In this document: positions 1 through 13,600 of the stretch, piece by piece
Numbering within the stretch: the stretch's first letter is position 1
How the letters are laid out: each line of letters starts with the position of its first letter
Assembly: GCF_001949145.1 (NCBI RefSeq)
Contig: NW_019091358.1
Span: 4,062,238 to 4,126,237 of the forward strand
Direction: 5' to 3'
From: Acanthaster planci
Lineage: Eukaryota
DNA length: 64,000 nt
Notes under the pieces: generated by a model
What the model saw: only the letters and a program-made list of their open reading frames with translations
The model's database searches: none
What the model was told of the DNA's origin: nothing
Program-made: the position numbers and the translations under genes

Positions 1-2086
1 AAAGGAGCGGGAGGTCATATACAACGAATGGTGTGCAGTAACTAAGTTGTTTCAAACACGTACCTCCATGTAGAACATGTGATTAAGGGATGAAACATTT
101 GGGGAATCCACATACATAGAATGAAAACAAAATTTGACAAATTAAAAATCCAATGCTGCAGCATGTCAGTTTCTGACAGCAAACAACGGCTGATTTGAGG
201 CACAATTGGGCTTATGTGAGCAGGCGGCACGATCTTGAGTTCTAGAACCAGAAGTGTTTGAATCTTGTTGGGAGAAGTAAGTGTTGGAAGAAGTAAATGT
301 TGTACTAACAACCATGACCAATAATGTGAAAGGTTGGTTCATATTTTGATGTTTTGGAGTTTACATATAATTCGATTTGCCTCTAAATCCAATCTCTCCC
401 TCTTCACAATTTGAACCATCGTCATATTTTTAATGGACAAATGTTTGTTGACCTTTGTTTCACCACACCTTCCTGAACACCTCAAGTATTTGAACAAGCA
501 TTAAAGTCAAGGATTTGAACACTTGAGAGCTGGAAATAAGGGAATAGGATATGATGTTATCTATTCTCTCATTGAAAAAAAAATTGAAATATATATAAAT
601 TAATGCAAGATGGGAAACAAAAATGAAAACAAGTAAGAAAAATGATAGTAATGACAGGAAAAGGGAAAGTGGAACAGGAAAGGTAACAGATATGAAAGCT
701 GTCAATTGATGTTTGATGACAATTTTTATCAGTACTGATTTTCCTCCAACCAATAAACATACCTTACACTTGTCTGTGTAGGTAATACTTGAAATGTGGC
801 ATAAAAATAGAACAAAACAAAACAAAAAGGTAATTTGAATCCTCAAGGTTGTAAGACTTAAAAAGGAACCTAACAACAACACCAGAAACAACACTTGTTA
901 ATCAGTCCAAATATACTGCAGGGACTTATATGCCATGAGTAATTTCTTTTTGATAATGCGACAGGGTACAAGACTGCATGGACCAGGAAATAAAAAGGGG
1001 TGGACGTGCACAATTGAGGCTGGTCTTGGTACAGATGTTGACTTGTATTTTAGCACCACGGGAAAAAAGGAATACGGTTTATTTTTCCCTGTTCATGTCA
1101 AAAGTCCAGTGAGCAATGCAACCACAGATGTCAATTCACGCATGCCGACCTTGCAGACCTGATAGTGGCATTTCTAAAGGAACAAACTACTTGCTAATCC
1201 CTGACTGATCAGGGGCTTTTCAAACCACAAAAGGTTGTTTTTGTCCCTGGCGGTTCTCAACATATTTCAATTCTCACGTCATGCATGTACGCACAAGAAG
1301 ATGCTCGATGAAGCTGAAATTTTGGGGGCCTGGGTAACCAAACCGACATATCTGCTTTTGTGTCCTTTTTTCAGGGAAAAGGAACCACGGGCTCATTGCT
1401 TGTGCCTCAGCATAACTGTGTTTGAATTAGGAAAACAGCATGGGAAGATAATCCTGGTACTGAAAGTTAGGATCCAATTGTTGTTCACTTGTTAATTAAG
1501 GAACACAATTTACAGGTGAAAATACTTTTTTCGTTTTGAAATCAGAAATAGATCTAAGTAGATGTAATTGATTTAGATTTTGATATAACACCCCCCCCCA
1601 AAAAAAACACCCTAAAATTAAAAATGCAATTTTAGTTTACCAATCTTTATTCATGTTCCAGGACAAAATTATGAAAAAAAGACAACAAATTACAGATTTT
1701 AGATTTTTTACTGGTTAGTTCAAGACAGGTTAGTCAATTCAGTGGCAGACCACCATTTTATGGACTTCCTGTCAGTTTGTCTGTGCTTCTTTTCTACAGG
1801 TCAAAGGGCACCACATTACACAAGGCATTTCATTCCTAATGCCCTCGCACATACAGACACACACAAAATAAGCGACATAAAATAAGCTCAGACAATGCTC
1901 AGGTCATCTCAAACAATGATTCTAAGGTCAGTCACAATGGCCTTTAGGTCATGCATCCTGACTGCTTAGAGGACAAATAATGAACAAGGTTTCTCACGGT
2001 TGATTGTGTAAACTTGTTGTAGGGGGGTTTGTTTGCTAGAGAGCAGCGACGGACTTGGAACCAGTGATTCCCCTCTTTGGTTTTAA

Positions 2087-2643
2087 CCACTTGCTGCCGG
2101 GGAACCCCATTTTAAGCAGCATGGGTTTATGCGCAGAGCCGGGCGCCCGAAATGGGACAAAAGAGCTGGTCCGTGTAACAAAAGACCGTACTCGGGAATT
2201 GTCATCATTTTTCGGCTTGCATTTTTCGAAGGTAATCCCCCACTGTTTTTAAACAGTATACTGCTGTTTTGGGCATAGCGCACCCGCAGAATAGCACCGC
2301 GGAAAAAAGTGCTCCAGGGCGCCATTGATGAGCGACACAGCACTGCTGCATGCTAATTCAGCCGCGTTTGGAAAGACGCCACTCGCATTCACTTGGGACA
2401 AAGGAAATTACGCAACACCTCACAATTCTGAGCTCTCTTTACAGGGAAGCAGACCTGGCTGAAATATTCAGGAGTCAATGAAGGTTACCTGTCAGCTTCG
2501 AGTAACTACCAACCAGTCATTTGTGTGGGTGCAAACGTCCATTAAAAGAAATGATGAATTTTTGAAGAATTTTGAAAACTGAAAATCTTGAAAATTGCCT
2601 GTATGTGTGCACTGCATTTTTAAAAGCACCCGGCAGCAAGTAG
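2087..2643. mobile_element. Non-autonomous piggyBac-like element (MITE)
   Basis: TTAA|CCACTTGCTGCCGGG ... CCCGGCAGCAAGTAG|TTAA: 15-bp TIR with one mismatch, TTAA target duplication. Confidence 0.8.
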
Positions 2644-3785
2644 TTAACAAGTCTGCAGCCTTTGGAGTCACCAACTATAACTTGATGGGAATATTCTGGT
2701 TTTTTTATGAACCAACTCCCCACATAAATTTTTCTTCAGGTCAAAATACCTTAGACTATCAAAAAAAGTCTGTGGAGGATACTGTGACATTCAATGAAAC
2801 TGTTATGTGGTTTGGGAAAATTATTAAAGGAGAGGCATTCTCAATTACTCAATGTGGTTTTGGAAAAACACGGTACTTTGAAGGCCACCGCCCATAGAAA
2901 TTAAACCTCCCAACAGAGGGCGCTATACATAAAATACGGTCTCTCATGATTATGGCAAATGCTATACAAAACCCCACATTTTCTTGTTTGCCTTTTCTTT
3001 TCAGAATAGATTATATCATAACAGTAGAGAGAAAGGTTTGTGGACACATACTGTATGGCACAGGGTCCAGTCTAAAGCAGGGCTCAAGGCTAGGGCCAAA
3101 AAGGACAAACAACAACCCTGAACCAAATAACATTTGAATAACAATGGCTGTTAGATGATTCTTTATTTAGGGGTTCAGGGGTGGAGAAAACAAACTTTTC
3201 AGATCAGGAAATGTTGACTGCAATGTCTAGCTCCGATTTATGGGTACAATACACGGTACGGTACATGTGTATCTGTTTGAACAGTTGCTTTTTCTTTCTT
3301 TTTTTAATTCCGTGTTTGCTGAAGAAAAAAAATGTGTAATAAAAGGAAACAGGTTGCACGGTGGACCTGGTGGCAGAGTGCTGATTTTGTTGCCTTCCCT
3401 TGAGGGTTGTGTACTTTAGCAAACATATGGTAGCGAATTACAGGCTAGGCCCATGGAAACCTAAACAAGGAAGTAGGAATCCATCATCAGGAAATTGCTA
3501 CAGGTGCATGTTACTCCAGACCAAAGCTAGAAGAAAAACAAATTTTTTTTTCCGTAGCCACTAGCCAACTTTTCATGAATTTTTTTTAGGCATTTCCATA
3601 TTGCTCAGTACTAATTGTGTGTCAAGTGATTTGAGTGTAATAAGCCACTGAGGCTGTCTGGAAAATAGATGGATGTCACAAGACTGCTTTTCCAAAGATT
3701 AAAGCTTAATGCTGTCAACCAAGTTTGTGGGAGTAAGAATTTTAAGACTACCGGGTACCACTGCAAAATTAAACATTTGGTGTAA

Positions 3786-3907
3786 GATATGTGGTAAAGG
3801 AGACCCCCTTCTATTATGTCTTCTTTTGTGTTGACGGAATCTTTAGAATTTCTTTCAGATATACAGCTTGTGAATTACATTAGGGGGGTCCCCCTTTACC
3901 ACATATC
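3786..3907. repeat. Short inverted-repeat element (MITE-like)
   Basis: GATATGTGGTAAAGGAGACCCCCT ... GGGGGTCCCCCTTTACCACATATC. Confidence 0.65.
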
Positions 3908-4561
3908 ATGCTGGATATAAGATTAAAGGTATTGGCGTACGTGTGGCGCAATGTGACTAAGGTACAATGGTCATTTCAGCTGATCCCTGTGCTTGAATAA
4001 ACACAAGATCAGTACAAAGGGACAAAGTGGAGAGAAGCAAGTTACAAAACAACTCACGGCAGACACAGAAACACTGGAGGCTGATATAATTCATGCATGC
4101 ATTCAGAGAAGAATATTATGTTGAGTAGTTATGAAAAGAAAACAAATTCACTGAAGACCACACAGCAAAAGAAATTAAGTGCTAGAACTTTTAGTTTTAT
4201 CCTCTGCTGATATAATTTGTTCATCACTGCATGCTTAGAGCTTTCCACGAGATAGTGGGAAAATATTCCCAAGTTGATTCAGGTTAGAGTTAGGAATGGA
4301 ATTGCTCAACCGCTTAGTGCTTGAGAATGTTCGAACTAACATAACAAGAAAACAAAAAACATCAAAGAGTTGTCTAGATTCCTTTCCATATTTTACTGAC
4401 TCCAGTCCAAAACCTTCCCTGAAACTCTGAGCAAGAACTGCAAAACTATATTTTGCTTCACGCGAATCGGACCTTTCAGAGGTCAAGGAGGTCAGGAGGT
4501 CATTGGAGGTCAAGCAAGGTCAATGATAGGGTCAAGTTTTGACAACGTGGAAGGTACTCAC

Positions 4562-4691
4562 CGTGTGCCACATAGTAGATCTTGCAGACTAGGTTGTCTC
4601 TGGTTGCATCTTCCAGCTTCGTGTCAGGCGGATCAAGAAATGTCTGGCAGAGCATACAGACATTTATCTTGGCACGGATACACTTACTTGT
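4562..4691 (-). CDS. CERT1: CERT1 penultimate coding exon (START domain)
   Basis: [48 protein letters not shown]; the expected final exon (NPGGWAP...) was not found in 1-4561. Confidence 0.93.
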
Positions 4692-7600
4692 CTGTAGAAG
4701 AAAAAAGTCAGTAATGAACCACCTCAAAAGCCCATTTTGACATCCTTTCACATATTCTGTCAAACTCTTTTGAACAGCCTTTGACAGTGTGCAGGAACCG
4801 ACCATGCTGCAAATGTACACCTGAGGCTTTTAAAGAGGACTTTTTAGTTTATTTTCTGAAATTTGTACAGCTCTGCAATTGATTTTGTAATTGCAACATT
4901 ACTTTAAAATTGTGACCTTTTCCCTGGTAAGGGGAATGTTGCTTGACCTTTCAGTGTCCTACAGTTGACCCTCTCAGAAACCTCCAATCTCTCAGTATCC
5001 CAGCAATTACACACGGCACCTATGGGCGTGTGCTAACCTTTCACAATCTGTCTGTGCACATAACATTTTGCGTTCCCCCCTTCCAAAACCCCCAAACACT
5101 AGGTGTATTGTACATTCCCACCCACATATTGCAAATACTCCATATTGGAATGCAAAATACACAAAGCAAGGCACTTTGAAACATTGGATCCACCCATGAC
5201 ACTTACTGCTTTTTCCAGACCAAGATTGTGCATGTACATGACATTTGCATGCTCCATACACTTTAATGTTAACAGTCGTTTTGGGAGGAATTACATCATT
5301 CCACAATAGTTTTTCAGGGTACAGGCAGGCACATTTAAATGTTAGCCAAAGTTTTATCCGGTACCTTTGTCGCAGTAAATTACTTGCTTATGCCGTACAT
5401 GAATTATTTCTTTCTCAACAATTGCTCCCCATTAAAGTCACTGACATTTGTAAGCATTTGCCATTTGATAACAATGACGACTGACAGCTGGAATGCTTTT
5501 TTTTTTAAACCGTATAACAGAACCTACATGTACATGTAACTACAACCCAGGCAATCTACCCAACAGTAACAGGGTAAATAACTGTTCTACAGGCAGCCAT
5601 GTTTACAATGTAGGCTTCTCAGGAAAAAAAGAACCTTGAAAATTATTAAACCTCTGGCCTCCAGTAATCTCTTTTGAACAGTTCAATTCTAAACTCTTTA
5701 ACAATTTTTGAGTGGCATGTACATTTCAGTAAACCACCACAACATCTTAGAAAAGTTTCTAGATAACTTGGCAGCAAACTAGACTGGATTATCTTTCACA
5801 TGGAATCTCCTTCCACAGAAAAATGAAAGAATGAAAAAAAGGACTAATTTCACAACAGATTCTGAATCATCAAAAATGAACTCTCACCATACTACAGGAG
5901 CGTGTTAAAAACAGATTCTGAATCATCAAAAATGAACTCTCACCATACTACAGGAGCGTGTTAAAAACCAAATGGTCAATCTACTTAGAGGATGATGGGA
6001 AAATGTGTGGTTCTTTCAGTTCCTTGCATGAAAAGGACAGTTCAGAATTTACCGAAAGTGAAACTGTGGAGAAAGTTCACAAGGCTAACAACTGTATTTT
6101 CAGAGTTCAAAATTATGTCCCATAAAATTCACAGCAAGGATAAATGAGGCTGACAGTTTACAAACCCTTTCCTTCCTACAGGCCACTGACTGACGTGAAG
6201 TTCATGTATTTTGAAGAGTGCAGGGGTCAATACATAGCCCTTCGGAGACCACAACCCTGCAGTTGTTACAATTATTAGCAAGTCCTTGTACATCCTGGCC
6301 CTTTTTAATGGCGGAAAGACTATGTTGGCTATGGGTCTGGATCTGTTACAACGGAATAATTACTGGGGTGATAGTTCATAAAGGGTCAAAGTTTTTTGAC
6401 ATCTTATTTTGCCTGGCATTTGCATGAAGCTTCAATGAAGGGTTAGTGCTTGCAAAAGTGACAGTTTGGTCAAGCTGTTGCCAACATCGTTATCAAAGGT
6501 AACTCCACAGAAAAGAACTATTTTAAAAAAAAAAGATAAAGTGGATATAAGGAGTACCATGCACTGGTAAATCTAATTTTTTTTGCAAACGCTTTTTTGT
6601 TATTGATTAACAGCAAGGTTGATAATAGTGTGACCAAATCTCCAACTGCGCATGGAATTGCCCAAAATTTTCTTGCAGGGTGTATAGATCACCATCATTA
6701 CTGGTCACAAAGTTCAAATAATGTTCCACAAACAACTGATGTCCTCTATTCCCTGATCACCTGTCCCTTACTTACCCCATCCGGATGGTCCACTGAATAG
6801 TTGACGACGATCCAGGAGCCCACGTCGCCCTGTGACTGCTGGCTGAGGTCCAGCTTGCGGATGTGGGAGAGGAAGCAGGTGTCACGCTGCGTGGCGGGCC
6901 AGACCCGGCGCATCATCTGGTGGCAAATAAAGGTATCTGGGGCCAGCGTCTCCAAGGACTTACACCAGTCAAGGGTCCCTGAGGTATGGATGAAGGTGTA
7001 TGGTGGTTTAGCAATTGCAAAGCCACTGTCACTAGGATGTGTCTAAAATGGACTATTTATGCCAATGGCTACAAGTATTTACCAAAGCTTGCAATGTACA
7101 AATGTTTCAGCCATAGCCTCACAACTACAGATTTGAATACAGCCTGTGTTATCTAAAATGTGCAAGAATGGGAATATTTAACAGTTAGTGGCCTATGAAT
7201 TACAAGAATGCTAATTCAAGACTTCAGTCCCTTTGCAGTTTCTACTGTTACTCGTTTGACAATTTCCAAAACTGGAATTTTGAGAGGGTTGAGACAACTC
7301 TTCCTTCCCACTGGACATTTTCTTCCGCGGCCATGCAGAAACTTACAGCACTGCTTCATGTCAGTCTACCAGGCATTCCCACTTGGACTTTCTTTAACAG
7401 TAATGGAATGTTGACGCGAGACTGAATATCTGAAACCTGAATGTCACATATTGTCGGCCAGCACTATGGTGATCATGAAATTCAACACGACACCCGTTCA
7501 TCTTCTATCTTGAATTTTGCTCCGAGAGGGTGGATATGCCCTGTTCTTGTTTGCTGACAGAATTTCCTCCATTCGTCAGTATTTTTACTGACATTTAAAC

Positions 7601-10600
7601 GAACGAAAAAACTGACAAAATGACTGAATCTACCATCTTTAAATTAGCACTGAACATGTACATGCAAGGTGCAGTGCACCAATTTTTCGTACTTTAATTC
7701 TATCAACTCTGCCCTCACATAGAAGCCCCCAAACTAAGGGAATTGATCCTGGCCTACATTTCCACAATCCCCCCCCTTTTTCGGCCAAAACAACCCCTTT
7801 TTCAAAAGAAACAGTGGGGCTTTTTCTATATACAACATGTAAGTAAATGAGCTTAGCAGAAATAATCACTGGAATAAGGGGGATTGGTGCCAAGAAGGTA
7901 GAGGGAGTCCCTTTGAAAAATGGCTCAGGGCAGGTTTCGGAAATATCACTTTGGGGGGAGGGGCGAGTTTGTTTTGTGTGAATGGTTAAAAATGGCATTG
8001 GGAAACCCATTAGAAATTGAAGAGAAATAGAAAGACTAGGGACAAGACAATAATTCAGTTTTTGTTGGAGAAACTTAAGTAATGTTGGCTTGCATGTTAC
8101 TGAAACCGGAACTTAGTTGATTTTACACAATTTTCAATGGGGCTTGAATTTGTGCTCTGCACCCTTTGTGTATGGCTTTCTCTGGATACGGCTTCACTGT
8201 CTGTGAGCTCTGAATGTGCAACCATTTCGCATGTCCACTGTCAATCTCTGTGTAGTGGTGACATAATGCTGTCCTGTTTATCAAAAGGTTTGCAAGTTGG
8301 CTGTGGTAATTCTACGGTACATCATGGAACTGTTCCCGTTAAACTTTTTAGCACCCCTGCTAACTCACTGTGGCCACATGGAAATCCTCCTCGACCACTT
8401 TCGGCCTGGTAATCTTCACATCATAGTTGTGCTAACTTGACAAGGACATCAATTTACCGCATGTCCCCACTGGATTTAGTTTTTTCATTCTTCACGAAAG
8501 TCATAAAAGTTAACCAAAAAAGTCCAACGGAAACATGGCTTTACACAGCTTTGGATAAGTCCCTTTCAAAATTCTCAAGTAATTATGACGTGGCATGATA
8601 TGAATTGAGAACAATAACCGTGGCTTTGTTAACTGAATACAGCACCCCAGTCGAAATGTAAGAGTGGAATCACAGTGCCAGACAAAAGCACTTAAAAAGC
8701 CACAAAGTTTTAGAAGGGCCCAGTTTAAAGTAAGTCTGAGTCCTTCTGTATATGCATGTATGAAAATTTTAACCACCAACAATGGACCTTTTCCATGAAA
8801 TATGCAAATAAGGCAGGTGCATGCGCATTACCACACTTTGTCTGCACTTTGTTAGCACTATACATGTATACAACCTTTGATGAAGGTATCATAGGCTCAC
8901 TCAGGAAAGGATTCAGCAGCACCTCTGTTATCTCAATCCAAATAATATTTAGCTAGTGGTTGTCAATGAGATGAATCCTCGGCAATTTTTCAGAGCATGA
9001 GGTTCAGAGAAAGCGGTTGGCTCACCATCCCAGTCCATTCTGTACTTGAGATCCCAGAACAGCCGGCACATCTCGTGCGCCGTGACCTTGCGCACGGTGT
9101 GTGTCGCCTTGAGAGGGTCCAGGACAATCCCATCCACCTCCTGCTCCATTTTGTAGATCTGCAGGGAGGAAAATTATCACCAGGTCTCTTTCAGGAAACA
9201 TGCTAATTTCTTCATGATCATAAGTACATGTAGCTAACAATGAAGGTAATAATTCATCTGGTGGAATGGACTGACAGTCGCCAGACAGGTGACACGGTGG
9301 TTTTCTTTGAAACTTGCAGGCAGTGTTAAGTCTTCCTGCGCCAATATTTCCCTAACTACGTCAAATGGAGATATGAAACTTACATCAAAGGATTGTGGAT
9401 TTGCCCTTTTAGATGCCACCACGATTGGCAAATCTACACAATTTTCAGACATTTTATGATTGAATATAGAGAGCCATCTTTGTGCCAGGAGCAACACTGG
9501 TAAAGTGTGGACAAAGGAAGAATTGCTTAAAAACAGAGAAAGCAGTAGGACAAGATATAGATATGAATAGAATTGTACATGCGCACAAAGTAAGTTGTCA
9601 ACTGCTACGTAAAAAGAGGCAATTTGTTGTTTATGAACAAGATACCACAAGCCACTGGAAGTGGCATGACATTCTTAGGTACCTTTTCTGGGAACCTTCC
9701 AAAATTCTCTTAAGTCCACCACTTGTATAGGAAACCAGTTAGGGATCAACTGACATCGGTTTTAACTGCTGATCTGATGTCCGATGTTTTAACCGGAACA
9801 TTCGCTGATGTCTGATCTGATGTTTTTACTGACATTAACTGAAAATGCAACCTTAACAGGATGTAGGCCTGCTCATAACAACATAAAACTAGTGTACTCC
9901 CTTAAAATTTAAAATGTCAGTTTACACATTACTGGTAATGGATTAGTTTTTTGCCTTTACTGTCACTGAGTTGAGAGAATTGTGTACATGACATCGCTGC
10001 TCGCACGATACCGATAGTGCTCCATTATATTCGAACCCAACGCACGCAGTGCATACGTGCAGAGACGACACACAGCACCTGGGGCTGAATCACGTCTAGC
10101 CTTTAGTCAAGGCGGCATGGCACCGGTGCACGGTGCTTGGCCCGTGGCTTCGTCACTCACATTGGTGTACAGATTGATCTTAATTTGTTTGAGACATTCA
10201 ATAGTGAGCTGGTTCCTTGCCATAACAATAGGACATGGAGGCAAGTAGCTGTTGATGACGGAAATAAAGCATGAGTTAATGTTTAGGATGCCCCTTTTAT
10301 TTTAGAACGTCACATGTCTGTTACATTTCAAAAGTTTAGCATTATGAAAGTTGTGCAAAAGCAGAGATCAATATGCAAAAAACTACCACGAAAAATTTAG
10401 GAAATGTTTTTTTGATTTGTGATGCATGTTTGGGAATCTGAAAGGAGAAAAAATTTAGACATGCCCAATACATGTACATCTGATATTCGTGATACCACCT
10501 CAAAATCAACAGAATCGGTCAGAAAATTTGGGCTAAATTTGGAAGGGGGGGTTGAATTCCTTTCATCCCAGTTACATGACATGGCAGCTACTGGACTTAA

Positions 10601-13600
10601 ATACTGCTCAAAGGTTGTTGAAATCTTTTGGTCTAGGAACCAGACTACAGCAGTAGCACACAACTCAACCATTCCATCGTTCTACCAGGTAGGGCCTCAG
10701 AGATTAATTTCCACAAAGAGAGGAGTGCTACCGTTGGGGGAAGGGGAGGGTGTCCGACCAGGAAAGTCCAGGATGTCTACCACTGCAAAAATGGGACAAA
10801 GGAAGCCCTGCCTACCTTCATCTCTCCTTCCTGGTGCAGCAGATCCCAGTTGCTCTCAATGTTCTCAAAGGAGTATCTAATGTTCTCTTCCACTTTGTCG
10901 TGGCACTGCAAAGATATGTCAAGAAAAGATAGAGATACAGGAGAGTATTTTTGAGGTCTTTGATATAACTGTAAAAACTTTTCTTGCGAATGATATTAAT
11001 TTGACTTTGCATTGAGGCTGTTAATTTTGTGGGTTTTGAGCTTCCACCAATGTAGATATTCCTACTGTATTCTCAGGGTGGTCCTAACGGTAACAGCTTG
11101 TTCAGTTGGAATTCAAACCCATGACTTCCTGCTTCACTAGTGCAAACGTCTTAACCACTTGACCAACAAGTTTGCCACGATCAGTTGTAAGGCAAAACCT
11201 AGACCAATATTCTTCTGATGTACTAATGCACAAAGAGGGTTCCTGTTGGAGATTTCACCTTTGGCAGTATCTTTCACAGATTCACACCTATGTTTCCTTC
11301 CTCATCTTAGTTTAGTTTTACTTATTGTTCAGGGTCGTACACTGAATACCAGCCGGCTTTTGTGATGGAAACGAGACGTCTGATGGAATTATTCTGTCAT
11401 TCAATGATCACATGTAATCAAATATGCAGTAGCCTTTCTAGAAGTGCAAAATCATTTATTCCTTCTCTTCCTGTAAAACAATATGCAAATATAACATGGT
11501 TTGAGGTTGGACTGTCCAACTGAAATAAACCATGTTATATTTGTTTGACTATACCTCATATATATTTTATTCAATAACCTCCGAAAACAATAACAACTTC
11601 ATTAATTTGTTTCCACGAACTTGTATTTTGTTCTTAAGGCTGAAATACAAACACCTCATCTTTTTAGATTTACATTTATGAATGCATACAGACCGTTGCT
11701 AGGCTGGCGCCACCATAAGTGCACAGTGTACCTGGGCGACAGTTCCTAGATTTTCTACTACTGTGCATGCGTTTTTAGCTGTCGTTCGGGTAAGCTGGGA
11801 GACTGTCAAAAATGCATGAATCTTTACTTCTTGCAAGCACGATTGTGTCTGCGCTTGGCTAACAGCAAAAACAGCAACTGGAGTGTGACCGTGAATGCAC
11901 CAATGAGAGTTCGGCGATCCATAATGAATATGTATGAGGTATAGTAAATCAACATATTCTTGCAATCGGGGTTTTCGTAAGAATGTGAAACACATAAAGA
12001 TGAAGCCAGCATTCAACTTAAGGTCATCCTGATGGTCATTAGCTTGGAAAGGTTTAAAGCCAGATTTACGAACTTAAAAATCTGGTTTGCTGTGATTTTA
12101 TTCTCTCAAAGTGATTTACTACATAACCGAAAGTTCAGTTGATATTCGAATAGTGTAGTGTGACAGTTTATGATATGTAAAGGATCAATACTGGCTTCAA
12201 ATGATGATGTTGCACAAAATGGCTCAAAATCACTTTAAAAACTTTTCTACTTTGGCTTTATCATGCGTTTCATTACTGACGTCCATTGCAAATACATATG
12301 TGGGCTAAATCTTTAGGAAAACCTCAATAAGAAATTTTGTCAATGGTTTGCGTTGCACACTACGTTGGCAACACAAGGTGCGGTCTCCATGTGAGACTAT
12401 GGCATGCACAAGTATTGAACACTGGCTACGGCTCTCCACCACTGTCTCTTTTGATCAAAAATCAAAGCCGTAGTTGCAGGAGACAGGACAGGATTATGGC
12501 TACCCCTGTCATGCACTGACTCATACAATCCTTGTATCAACTGAATTGATACACAGGCAGTGCTGGGTGAACATGTGTTCACAGCCCAGTTTCATAGAAC
12601 AGGTCAGCAGAAAACACTGCCGAGCGAACGTATGCTGAAGCAAAAATCCAGCTGTGAACCAGTCACGAGCAATATGCCATGCATGACAGTTTGGCTGGTG
12701 ACCCGCTTGTGGTAAGTAACCGTTTTCTGAGCTTAACAGATTTGCATGCTTAGAAAATTGGCCCCTCCACAAAGACCAATCGGGCCACCAAATTGGAAGC
12801 CGTTACTGCGGTTCCTGTTCACATGCACGGTGGTAGACACATGTTTATATTCCTCTTTGTATAACAGGGTGTCACGACTTGCTAACGTTTGTTCTTGCGC
12901 CCACTCGAGTTAAGGACCCGTGCATGAGTATGGTATCCTGTGGTATTGGCATCTCCTCTGATGCAAGTTGGTGTCATAAATCAGCACAAGTATCTGCCAA
13001 GTTTGAAAAGAATTGGGTTTCGTAATAGGCCGAGAATGTGCTGCAGGATTACAGCATGTTATCCTCAGTTCATTTGGGAGAGAAGAGGGACAAGCTCAAG
13101 GGAAAAAATCTGAATGGTGAGACGGTGGTAGTAAGAACAACTGGGTTCAAACCCACACTCTCTGAGAGACTGCTTGACCACCACAGAATCTTGCACGTAC
13201 CTCTTGGATGAGCCGATGGGGGTGGGGTGGTAGATCCTTACTTATGGTGTTGCTGGAGCTAAATGAAGCATCCTTGTGTTCCTGTGATAGAACAACAGCC
13301 AAATGTTCACTTGACGGCAGTAAAAAAAACAAAACAGAGCGATCAACCATTCACTTTTCCTTTAGAACTGTTTGTTATATTTGTTACTCTTCTTAAATGG
13401 AAATACGTTCATGTTATAAAACTACCTTGACTCCTGGTGACTTTATTGTAACATTCTTTTTAACACCTTTCACCCAACTGAGAAGGAAATAACCCCAGCC
13501 CCAACAAAATAAATTTTCCAATATGAAGTTCACAAGTAACAGTTACATGTAACTGAACAGTTGCCAAAGCCATCCCCTAACCACACTTTATTTGTGTTTG

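Noticed and set aside
1..4561. Final CERT1 exon (NPGGWAP...)
   Set aside because: No matching minus-strand codons were found; it is presumed to lie outside the window.
11108..11176. tRNA genes (also ~13142-13185, ~35070-35125, ~53100-53140)
   Set aside because: Only A/B-box remnants without complete stems; better explained as SINE heads.
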